From positions 1-64,000 of the forward strand of contig JAPEUD010000036.1 of the NCBI GenBank assembly GCA_026026165.1: a stretch of DNA of 64,000 nt, given 5' to 3'. This document shows positions 36,960 through 47,993 of this stretch, one piece after another. Made by a program: the position numbers and the translations under genes. Numbering within the stretch: position 1 is the first letter of the stretch; each line of letters starts with the position of its first letter. This stretch comes from Sarea resinae. Lineage: Eukaryota. The notes beneath the pieces were generated by a model, which saw only the letters and a program-made list of their open reading frames with translations, was not told the origin of the DNA and ran no database searches.

Positions 36960-38427
36960 TCATCCATGTATGAGCACATTTTCGGAGGGAGCCTTTGTCT
37001 GCCCTCCAGATATCAGCAATTGCAACTCGCCATCATCTCCGTATCGCTCCAGTGCAGTCTCCCTCCATGCCTCCCAGCTGAGATCTTCATCAAGTTCCAT
37101 TGCCCGACGCAAACCCTCAAATAGGCCAAGAAAATCTTGCCATTGGGACAGATTTCCCCCACAGCAAAACTCGAATCGATGACGAATTCGCCCATTTCGA
37201 ACCGCGAACGCCATCTCGAGATCTCCGCCTTCCTCTAACTTTTGAGCAAACAAAACCTCGGCATCGCTCAGACGGTTATCGCCGTCGAAGAAGTGATTCA
37301 CGGGGATGAAGACAATGGGCGCACAAAATGCACAGAGCTTCGACGTCGTATATGCCCATTCCCAATCGATGATGCCAGTAACATTGTATTCATCATCCAC
37401 GAGAATCTGGTCTCCTTTCTCATCCGCATGCTTGAGGTAAAATGGGCCATTGTCTGAAGGCGAAGAGAAAATGGTGGGAACACAGTCCAATAGAAATTTG
37501 TGGATCAAATAAGCATCCACACGATGCTCCTCAGAGTATGCTTCTCCACGCCGAATCAGTTCCAAAGTCAGTCGTATGACCTCGGTATAGAAGTCTTTGG
37601 CAGATGAACAGCGGTCCAGTAGATGCATTCCAGACTCCGTAAAATCTACGAGTGACTCTCGAGCAAAGTCGCCAATGGACAAAGTATTCGGTGTATCTAA
37701 AGAGCCCATGAACTGGAAGGGATGCGCAGACAACTCGAGATAGCTTTGTGCAACCTGAGACGCAACCTTTTCCTTTTGATCCGCGGACGCAAGCGACCAT
37801 CTGAGTGATTTCTCAGGCATCTTCTCCATCAGTATGTAGCCAATTCCTACTGGATTGTCCTTTCCTTCGAGAGCAAAATCGTACACTTTTGGTGCGGGAA
37901 CTTTCGTCTTTTCAAGAAAGCAGAGGGTAGCAACCTCGCTTTTCATGGCATAATCCTGTAAGCACGACGGTGGCGATTCGGCATTGCATCTTCGAATACG
38001 AGCAAGCCAACAAACACCGTCATCGAATCTCAGGTGAACGTGGTAATTCATGTTGCCCATGACAGAGGTCCGAGAAGAATGGTCGTATCGTAGAGGAGGG
38101 ATGTGACAAGGTATTCCATTGCGAAGATGACTGGCTCTGGCAGCCAGCGCAGACAGATCAATCCTCGCTATGAGCTTCTCTGTCTCCTTTTGCTCCGCCA
38201 GCCGTTCACCTGCTACGTATGCCTCAAAATCCTGTGGGTCACTCATTTAGAGCGGCGTCCTCACAAGTCCATGGTCAGGCTGGCAGACTCACTTCCCATT
38301 TCGGACAAAGATGAAAGTCCGGATGGAGATGCTCAAGACAGAGATGATTATCGCAAATCCGGCACTGACCAATATCACGAACGGCTGGCTCTCTGCAGCC
38401 AGCCCAGTCACAACACCACATAGGCAT
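36960..38427 (-). CDS. APH/choline-kinase-like phosphotransferase with an N-terminal AN1-like zinc finger, 2 exons
   Basis: Exon 1 MPMWCCDWAGCREPAVRDIGQCRICDNHLCLEHLHPDFHLCPKWE, then intron 38292-38232. Motifs FDDGVCWLARIR, SEVATLCFL...VPAPKVYD, YILMEK and HADEKGDQILVD...TGIIDWE. Confidence 0.88.
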
Positions 38428-38822
38428 GAAGCAAGAAATTGTAGGAGCAACAGCGGCGTACGCAGCAGTTTTGGTTGGTTGTGTAGGATCCAACGGCGTT
38501 TCTTAATCCACGCATGGGCATCTTTGTTTGTTGATAATACTATCGTATCAGGGTTTGTGGCAGGATCAGGCCAGACTGCCAAAATGAATGGCACCCTCTG
38601 AGCTGTTGTGTGCACAGCCTTGAGGACCATTCGGTCCGACAGGACGCCCGCCGATCCTTTGCCAAGACGAGGAATAGGTTTCGCTTCGCCCTGTCTGTGG
38701 AGACCGAGGCCAGACTGATTATTCTGTGCCCCAGATCAGAGATTTGATCGAGAGTTCAGGACTGCAACGATAGTAGTCAACAACTCATATATCTCGCATC
38801 ACCATCGACTTATCACCCACTA

Positions 38823-39078
38823 ATGAATCCCTACGAAGCCGACCCTGCCAAAATTCCAGACACAAATCTGTATTATGACGTGCCTCTGTACGGACGCTAT
38901 CGTCCCCGCGGCGATGACTTCAAGCCCGAGCCGAAGTATATTTGGACTCAAAAACGCCTGAAGCTTTAGGATACTGGAAAGACGTGCTGCAAAAATGCGA
39001 CGCAAGCATTCGGCTCTAGGACGCCCCAGATCTTGGGAGGGACGTCTTCGCGCTTGGAAGCGTCATAGCTGCAATTTG
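38823..39078 (+). pseudogene. Truncated pseudogene: N-terminus of a fungal APH/kinase-like protein
   Basis: MNPYEADPAKIPDTNLYYDVPLYGRYRPRGDDFKPEPKYIWTQ, a frameshift in the A-run near 38950, then TPEALGYWKDVLQKCDASIRL*DAPDLGRDVFALGSVI, after which similarity is lost. I recall GRDVFALGSVI as the start of the kinase lobe in a fungal APH subfamily. Confidence 0.6.
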
Positions 39079-39223
39079 ATATCATCTCTCTCTCCTCGAA
39101 TGAAACGTCTTCATTAATATTGCCGCAACTCTTACTGGATGGTGAGCTTGGTGGTAAACAATCTCTAAGATCGTGAATTAGATGGCGTGGAGTTTGTCAC
39201 CATAGTTATGGTCTGAGCAGTCG

Positions 39224-39255
39224 TGCACCGGTGCAAAGCCACCTTACGGTAAGGT
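39224..39255. promoter_or_regulatory. Two adjacent palindromes (TGCACCGGTGCA; ACCTTAC-G-GTAAGGT) upstream of the Crd2-like gene
   Basis: Both are directly visible. CCAAT (~39285) and TATATA (~39353) follow them, before the ATG at 39516. Confidence 0.45.
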
Positions 39256-39515
39256 AGGAATGTTCATTCTCGCTAACAGTCCAGCCAATCAGAGGCTTGG
39301 CATTGTCAATCAAGCAAGCAATGCGCTCTCTATCAAAACATGACATTCTTCTTATATATTCGCGGCCTCTGCGTGCATCCTCTGATCTCTTTTTGATTCA
39401 TAGTGCTCAAATTAAAGAATCACTCTTCTCCTTCTACCTGACCGCCTCAAACGTCCTCGTCCATCCAGTCGTAAAGGAATTATCCATATCGGGTCATCTA
39501 CCTACAACTCTCAAC

Positions 39516-40019
39516 ATGACGAAGCCAACCACTTGTTGCGGCCGTGGTAGTGAGGGCTGCGTCTGTGCCTCGCAGGCCAAGTGCTCCTGCGGCGCTAAAT
39601 CGGCATTGCACTGCAATTGCGAGAAGGCCGCTGCGGAAAACACTGTTGCTGGTCCGAGATGTTCGTGCCGTAAGTCTGCCCTCATCAACTAGCCCTAACT
39701 ACCTTACATGTATCATCTATCACCTTCCGTACGACCATCGCAGGAGGAAGATTCAAGCTAAACATTTTCCACTCAGGGGCCCGTCCTCAAGGCGAATGCA
39801 ACTGCGACCGCGCTGCTACCGAGAACACCGTCTCGGGCGCGACCTGCGCATGCGGACAACGGCAAGCCGGTAAGCCTTGGGTGATTTGGTGTAGCGCGAG
39901 TATCTTGGTCGGATTTGGCAGCTAACTCGTGGAACGCAGGGGCTTGCACGTGCGAGAAAGCGGCCGATGGTGGTCTTCTCCCAACCGAGACGGATTTCAC
40001 GACCAAGGCGTCTACATAG
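39516..40019 (+). CDS. crd2: Cys-rich metallothionein-like copper resistance protein (Crd2-like), 3 exons
   Basis: MTKPTTCCGRGSEGCVCASQAKCSCGAKSALHCNCEKAAAENTVAGPRCSCR|ARPQGECNCDRAATENTVSGATCACGQRQA|GACTCEKAADGGLLPTETDFTTKAST*. Repeated CxC units and the ETDFT tail. Introns 39670-39776 and 39870-39939. Confidence 0.88.
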
Positions 40020-41014
40020 GTCGACGGATTGATGAAGGAAAGCCAACACAGAGGCTTCGTGAGGTTGCTCAACGGTCGAGCTGGTTGTGATCAAGTGGTA
40101 ATGATGAAGGGCTTACGGCGCTATGATGGATCGGCATATCGAGGGTCTTTGTTTGGGACGGTTCAATGGTTGCAACGGTTGTCTGACGGACACATAAAGT
40201 GTAGTAGCAACGACTAGAATAGCAGTCAATGGAAAGAAATGAACCAATCTCAACGATGATGGTGATATCGACATGTCTACTGATTGTGCGATCAATGAGG
40301 ATATCCTGCCTCTACACCCCCGTATGCTTCGCATCTCGTATCATGAGAATCTTTAACGTAGCAGCATACAAATAAATGGAGAATTGATAAATGGGATCCA
40401 TGGATGGCAACCGGTTCGGCAATCACCGCTCCGGCAAAGCCACAACCCCCCCGTCGCGCCACAAACACCACCGCAGGAGCAGATGCAAACGAACACGCCA
40501 ATCCCTACGGAGTACACGGATACCTCAATTACACGATAATCAATACTCTAGAGCAACAGCGTAACTGCTCGGACTTGCTGACCGGAACTGCTCGCCTCCA
40601 ACACCACCACCACCTACGTATCCAGGCCAGCTATCGTCCATCTCAACGGCTAGAGAACATCTCTCTTACACCTGGCCGCCGTCTGAGGAGATCCGAGATT
40701 ATTCAGCGAGCTCCAGCCCGGCATCTAAGGCGTCAACCCGCGTTTGTTAAAGGAGGAGGGATAGAGCGTTTCCATCCAGCGGCTCGCGAAACATGACGGC
40801 ACCTCAATAAAGGGCCCGGAATTTGAAAGCCATCGACTAGACGCCATTTGACGCATCTGAAGGTTGCTAGGGGAGACCGATCTTTGCGAGACTCGCCGCC
40901 TCGCGTGCTTGATTTTCAGCTCCGGGTCCGTCGACTGATGCGCAACTATTGCCTCAGGTCTGATTTCATTCTTCGAAATCTGATTAGAGCAGAAAGTTCC
41001 GGCAGTCATCCAAA

Positions 41015-44000
41015 ATGGCTACCGCAGCGGCAGCCGGCTTCCTAGGCCGGGGGGGCTCGGGCAATCAGTCTTCCATGCGGGGTACGCTATGCGTCGAGAG
41101 GCATCCTATACGGCATCCAGTGCTAATACAATCGCAGGACTTGTTCAGTTCATTGCGGATCTACGGAACGCAAGGGCGCGGGAGCTAGAGGAGAAGAGAA
41201 TAAACAAGGAATTGGCAAATATACGGTGGGTGTCAACTGATGACCGAGCCAAGACACTGAAGCTGATGAATCTGGTACTACAGGCAGAAATTTAAAGGCA
41301 GGTCTCAGTGGGCTGGAGAAAAGTGCTAGTACTGACTAGATATAGATGGGAATCTTAATGGGTATCACAAGAAGAAATACGTTTGCAAAGTAGGGACCCC
41401 TTGATCTTCGGCCCGTCAAAATACTCACATTTGGCTTCGGTAGCTCCTCTACATCTATATACTGGGCTGGAATGTCGATTTCGGCCATCTAGAGGCCGTC
41501 AATCTGGTCTCAGCCACCAAATACTCGGAGAAACAGATAGGCTATCTTGCAGTGACGTTGTTCTTACACGAAGGACATGAGCTGCTACATCTGGTCGTCA
41601 ACAGTATCCGGAAAGACCTGATGGATCACAATGAATTGAATAATTGCTTAGCCCTCCATGCGATTGCCAACGTTGGCGGGAAGGAGATGGGCGAGGCCTT
41701 AAGTGGAGATGTGCACAGATTACTCATTTCACCGTATGCGGTAGGCACCTTTGCTGGGAGAGGATACCTATCTAACTTTAATCTAGAACGTCCAAAGCCT
41801 TTGTCAAGAAAAAGGCTGCACTGACACTGTTGCGGCTCTACCGAAAATATCCTGGCATAGTTCAACTAGAATGGGCAGAGCGCATCATTTCTCTAATGGA
41901 TGATCCAGACATGGGAGTCACCCTTTCAGTCACCTCTCTTGTGATGGCGCTGGCTCAGGATAACCCGGACCAGTATAAGGGGAGCTATGTCAAGGCAGCA
42001 CATAGACTCAAGAGGATTATAGTGGACGAGGATTACGCCCCAGACTACCTTTATTACAAAGTTCCCTGTCCATGGATACAGGTGAAGCTTCTTAGACTGC
42101 TTCAATACTATCCACCTTCTGGTATGGTAATATCCTTTGCTCGCATCTGACTTTACTAACGGGTTCCTGCAGAGGATACATATACCAGGAATACCATCCG
42201 AGAATCTCTCCAAAGAATTTTGGACGCGGCAATGGAGATGCCAAAGAATGTGCAACAAAACAACGCGCAGAACGCGGTCCTTTTTGAGGCCATCAATCTC
42301 ATTATACATTTGGACACTGAACACAATTTGATGGTCCAGATATCATCGAGGTTGGGTAAATTCATTCAATCTCGCGAAACAAACGTACGGTATCTTGGTC
42401 TAGAAGCCATGACGCATCTCGCTGCTCGGGCGGAAACGTTGGATCCTATCAAGAGACATCAAGCCATCATCATCGGCTCTCTACGAGACAGGGACATCAG
42501 CGTCCGGCGAAAAGGTCTTGATTTGCTTTACAGCATGTGCGATCCTACGAACTCCCGGCCAATCGTCTCAGAATTGCTCAAATATTTGCAGAATGCGGAC
42601 TACGCTATTCGAGAAGAGATGGTCCTTAAGATTGCTATTCTGACCGAGAAATATGCCACTGACGTTCAGTGGTATGTTGACATATCGCTACGATTGATCG
42701 CGATGGCCGGTGACCACGTTAGCGATGAAGTCTGGGAACGTGTTATTCAGATCGTCACAAACAACGAGGAACTTCAGGTATATGCAGCGCAGAATATCCT
42801 AGAATACGTGAAAGCAGACCACTGTCACGAGACACTGGTTAAGATTGGAGGATACTTGCTCGGAGAATTCGGGCACCTAATTGCAGACACGCCAGGCTGC
42901 AGTCCCATTGAACAGTTTCTTGCGCTGCAGTCTAAGCTCCAAGGTTGTTCATCCAGTACGAGAGCTATACTTCTCTCATCGTTTGTCAAATTCATCAACC
43001 TGTTCCCGGAGATCAAGCCGCAATTGCTTCAGGTTTTTACCGCGTACAGTCACTCGCTCGACTCGGAATTGCAACAAAGAGCATGCGAATACATCGCTCT
43101 GGCAACACTACCAACAGACGACCTTTTGCGGACAGTATGTGACGAAATGCCACCGTTCCCTCAGCGCGCCTCTGCGTTGCTATCCCGGCTACACCAGAGG
43201 CACGCAGGATCTAGTGACAAGCGGACGTGGGTCGTTGGCGGAAGAGATGCGAATGCAGATCCCAAGGAGTTCAATCTGGTACAAAACACAGGACTGAAAA
43301 GGTCTTTCACCACAAATGGAGTCTCCCCGGGCACGAATGGCATTCAGAAGTCGCCGACGGGTGCCAATGGATCCGCGGCTGCTGGGAATGACCTGACTGG
43401 TCTTGACATGAGCAGGGACACGGAAAAGGCTCCCAACCTCGCGAGTGCTGCTCATTTGAGTCCAGACTGGGAGATTGGTTACAATCGTCTCATATTCCGG
43501 ACTGAAGGAGTGCTATATGAAGACGTGCAGGTCCAGATAGGGCTGCGATCTGAATACCGCGGCCAAATCGGCTGCGTGATCCTCTACTTTACCAACAAGT
43601 CGACTTCGCCCATCGGCTCCCTCACCACGACTCTTGATAATCGCTCGGCCGAACAACTCAAGATCGACACCAAGAGCATACCTGAGACGACCATAGCGCC
43701 CGAGGCCCAAGCGCAGCAGATGATCATGTTCGAGGCCAAGAGTGTCTTCACCGATCCCCCGACCATCCGCATTTCTTATCTAGCCGGTTCTCTTCAGGCA
43801 CTGACGCTGCAGCTCCCGGTGCTCATCCACAAGTTCATGGACTCTGCGGAACTTTCTTCCGATGACTTTTTCAAGCGCTGGCGCCAGATTGGCGGTGCGC
43901 CGCGCGAGGCGCAGAAGGTCTTTGGTCTTGTCGGGGGCGCCAAGGGCGGTCGAACATGCAATTCGGGCTTCACGCGCAAGACGGTCGAGGGCTTCAAGTG

Positions 44001-44335
44001 GGGTGTGCTGGATGGCTTGGATCCGAACCCGAAGAATATCGTGGGCGCCAGCGTCTTGCATACGAGTGGAGGTGGCAAGTTTGGATGTCTGATGCGGTTG
44101 GAGCCGAATTATGAAACCATGGTTTGTTTTCCTCTTTCTTTTTGTCTTTCTCTTCTTTTCTCTTCTGGGCTCCCTTAGTCTTTGCTTTCTAGAACGTCAA
44201 ACTGATTGGAGGCTATAGATGTACCGTCTCACCATCCGCGCTACGGACGAGTCGGTTCCGGCTGTGCTGCTGAGTCTGATGGAGGACCGCCTCTCGCAGG
44301 GCGTCTACGGCGACGCTCAGACGAACGGCCGATGA
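41015..44335 (+). CDS. APL3: AP-2 adaptor complex alpha subunit (alpha-adaptin), 8 exons
   Basis: [89 protein letters not shown] and DEMPPFP. The appendage domain ends in MYRLTIRATDE. Seven introns, one of them GC-AG (41298-41345). Confidence 0.95.
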
Positions 44336-44536
44336 GAAGTAAAACAAAAGCTAAAGCTTTTGCCGCCTGGGCCCCAACAAAAGGCTATGCTATCGCAGGA
44401 AAGGATATGTATGGCCATGGACGTGGGAGAGGGGAATCGATCGCAAAGGACAGCTTAGTGGAAAGGAAGCGGAGGGGATTTTGCATATTGGGGAACTTCT
44501 CTTTCTTTCCTGTCGCTTTGTTTCTTCATCGCCGCA

Positions 44537-44573
<37 letters not shown>

Positions 44574-44574
44574 G
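44537..44574. repeat. (TGTC)n microsatellite within the simple-repeat island ~44480-45420
   Basis: Directly visible. (CCTA)n, (TAAGG)n and (TCTCG)n tracts follow. Confidence 0.9.
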
Positions 44575-45491
44575 CCTGTGAGCGAGGGCATCAAGGGAGT
44601 TTTTGTTGTTTCTTGTTTCTCGTCCTAAGTGGTTGTGTGGTGCTATGTTTGGGAAAGATGGGGGTTAGAAAGAGAGAGAAGGGGGGAGAGCGAGAAGGCT
44701 AGAGGGAGGGAGAGAAAGAGGGCGTAGCTTGAATTCAAAGCTCTCTTTCTCTCTCTGTGTGTGTCTCGAGATGTCTGTGTACTATTTCTCTTCTCCTTTT
44801 TCTACCCATCTCGCTCTCTGTCTATGTATGCATCTTGTCGTTCCTCTTACGTACATGCATCCTGTATCCTTCTTGTCCGGCGCCTGTGAAAAAGAAGAAG
44901 AAAATAGAAGAGGAGAGGAGAGGAGAGGAGAGGAGACAGATAGAAAACAAGAAAGCGAAAAGCAGATATTTCCTACCATACCTTACCTACACTACCTATC
45001 TATCTGTTCCCCTTTGGCTATTCTGAAATCTATCTAAATGCCAAGAATCATCAATAATCTCCCTTCTACTTACCTACCTACCCCCTTACCTACTAGCCTA
45101 CCTACCTACCTAGAGCACTTACTTGCTCTTTACATACTCTTTACCTTGGTACTTTTAATTTGGGTAGGTGAGTTTTTACGACCTAGAATTTACTTTCTAA
45201 TCAGCTAGGTAGGTGGGTAGGTAAGGTAGGTAGGCAAAGTCAAGCTAAGGTAAGGTAAGGTTAAGGTAAAGGTAGATAGTTTGGAAAACTCTCTTGAGTG
45301 TGGAAGAATTGTTGGTTTTAGTTATTTATTATTAGAGAAGGTGGGAAGTGGGAAGTCGTGATAGGAGGTTGTCATTTCGTCTTGTCTCATCTCGTCTTGT
45401 CTCGTCTCGTAGCATGTCATTTTATTATACAGGAAAAGTCAAGCTTGGTCGATTTCTTTCACCCTCGTCCCCCCATACTCTATATTGTTCT

Positions 45492-45915
45492 CTAAGTGAC
45501 ATGGGCCTCGGATTTGGGCGGGCGTTCGCCGAAGATGGTCGTGCCGACGCGCACCTCGTCACTGCCGGCGCGGATCGCGGCCTCGAAATCCGCCGACATG
45601 CCCATGCTCAGCTCCAGCCCGCCTTGACCGAGTCCCAGCGCCTCGACGACGCGGTCACGCACGGCGCGCAGGGTCTCGAAGTCGGCGTTGACTTCCTCGT
45701 TGTTCTCGCCGTCGCCGTTGCTGGTGCTGGTGCTGGCCTGCGAGCGCGCCAGAGAGCCGATCGTCATGAGCCCCGCCAGCTGCAGATGCGGACATTCGTC
45801 GTCGGAGATGATGGCGCGGCAGAGCTCCAGCACGGCGGCCGTGTCGGTGGCGCCCACGCCGGCTTTCTGCGCCTCGCCGCTCGTGTTGATCTGTACGTGC
45901 ACGCGCAACTTGGTT

Positions 45916-45952
<37 letters not shown>

Positions 45953-46504
45953 GCGCGGCGGCCGCGTCATCTGATGAAGCTTCCGTTGGGCTGGCGCTTT
46001 TGGATATCAGCTCGCCGCGCCCCTTGGAGAGCTGCTTTGCTTTCTTCAGCGTGTCGACCGAGGACACGCAGTACAGGTTCGGGATCGACGAGGCCAGGCG
46101 CGCGCACTTGTTCGTCTGGAGCCCGCCGATGAAGTGCCATTGGATGCTGCGTGGCAGCAGTGACGCCTTTTCCTGCAGTTCTGGCAGGTAGGATTCGCCA
46201 AAGTCGAGAGGCCGGGAGGGCGAGGCGTGCAGTGCGTGGATGTAGGAGGCGGGGTGGAGTTTCGAGACGAGAATGAGGCGGATCTGGGGAGGAGCCGGGG
46301 TGGTTAGGGGATTGTCTGAGAACTGTTGTGACATAGGGGGAGGAGGTCAAGAGGGGCAGGGGCGAGACGTAGACGTACGGGTCTGTTGGCCTTGTTCGCT
46401 GCTTGCATGCGCTGCGTCACGGACTGCAGGTTCGAGAGGAGCTGTTGGGCGCGGGCGACGGGCAGCTGCATGTCTGGGTCTGATAGTGGTGCCGGGGATG
46501 TCAT
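45492..46504 (-). CDS. PLPBP: Pyridoxal-phosphate homeostasis protein (YggS/PROSC/PLPBP), 2 exons
   Basis: RLILVSK (PLP lysine), WHFIGGLQTNK, VHVQINTSGE, GLMTIG and ELSMGMSADFEAAIRAGSDEVRVGTTIFGER. Intron 46378-46284. Poly-Thr insert from (GTC)n at ~45916-45951. Confidence 0.93.
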
Positions 46505-47247
46505 TTCTTGCGTCTGTCTCTTTCCTCGTCAGTGGTAGTGTTTGGATCAGGGTGAGGAGGGGTGGGTGGTGGTGAGGCGGCAACGACAGGTTGAAGCCGT
46601 CAATTGTTCGTTGTTGATAGTGTTGATGTAACTTTTGGAGTACTGCGTCCAGTCGGTTCGGGTAAATTGCGGCGACATCTCTCTACTCCGAGTACATGTA
46701 GGTACAGCATAGGGCTATCTACTGACAGATGTCGCGGGGATGATGCATCTGATGGTGCGATCTTTCTGGGGCATTGGGGGAGTGGAAATGGACTGTCTCT
46801 TTTTACCGATTCCATTCGATTCAATCTATGCGACCTGATGATCATCACCACCAAGTAGAATGCTCTGGCCCTCGGCCGTCTCAGACGTCGGCTGGCTTCG
46901 ATGATGGTCGAGGTTGAAACGGAGCCTTGAGGAAGTGACGGGGCTGGATCCAGGCAAGCGAGGTGGAGTGGAGTCTCTGACTGAATCGACTGAATCGACG
47001 GAATCGACGGAATCCAATCCAATGTGGGGATCCACTGCCACTGTCAGTGCCACTGCAACTACCGCCACTACGAGGACTCTCCTCCCTACTGCCACTCCTC
47101 TCGACTCCGGACTCGACTCGCCCACCGTCGCTGGTGAGGTGATGGCGTGCTGCCGGGAATGGAACGATACGAACGATGACGAGCAATGACTGTGCAGTCG
47201 ATCTCGACACACCCGGAATCCGGTGATGGGACAGTATGGGAGTATTG

Positions 47248-47249
47248 TT

Positions 47250-47281
<32 letters not shown>

Positions 47282-47291
47282 CATCATCATC
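47248..47291. repeat. (CAT)n microsatellite
   Basis: Directly visible in the PLPBP/MscS divergent intergenic region. Confidence 0.9.
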
Positions 47292-47993
47292 GCCGTGGAG
47301 GCCTTGGAGTCTTTGGGGACTTTTCTTTCTCCCCTTCATGTGGCGTGGGCACTCAAGCTATGTTTCACGATTTCACGATTTGATGGTGATTATTCGGATT
47401 CGAATTCAGGTACGCGAGCTCAGTACGGAATAGCAGTCTGTGCCCCTGGCCAGCCCTGAATCGCTAAGCTTCATCTATCCCGGTCCCTCGTAACTTCGTA
47501 CAGACAAGCGGGTCCATCACTCACTTTCTCGTCGATCCTCGATCCTCGATTCTCCCACCGCCCACCATGTCAGATCCACGCCTGAAGAGACGCTCTTGCT
47601 TCTCTTTCTTCTCCTTTCGCTCTTTTCCTCGATCCCCTTTTTCTTGCCTCTTCATCACGCGGTCTTTTCCTGATTCTTGCGAGACATCCGTCTTTACTCG
47701 TCTCACGGCAATCGTCTGTGCCGGCTGGCCTCGGTGTCCGCGAGATCTAGATGCCAATCCAGGATTACATAGCTGGCTATCGAATCTCGAACAGTTGTCG
47801 TCTTCACTGACCATCGACTCTGCCACGACCCCTGACGTCCGACCAGACCATCCAGACTATGCCCTAGACGTCCGTGCTTCGACAGCTTCCGGACCTCGTT
47901 CATTCGTGTACAAAGAACCCCAGTTCCTTCAACGCCCATCTGCGGCCAATTACTTCATAACCAGTTGATCACTCGATCCCCCACGCCTCGCAG

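Noticed and set aside
40101..40186. ATGATGA...CTGA resembling a C/D snoRNA
   Set aside because: No terminal stem, no rRNA complementarity recognised, and it lies in the probable crd2 3' UTR.
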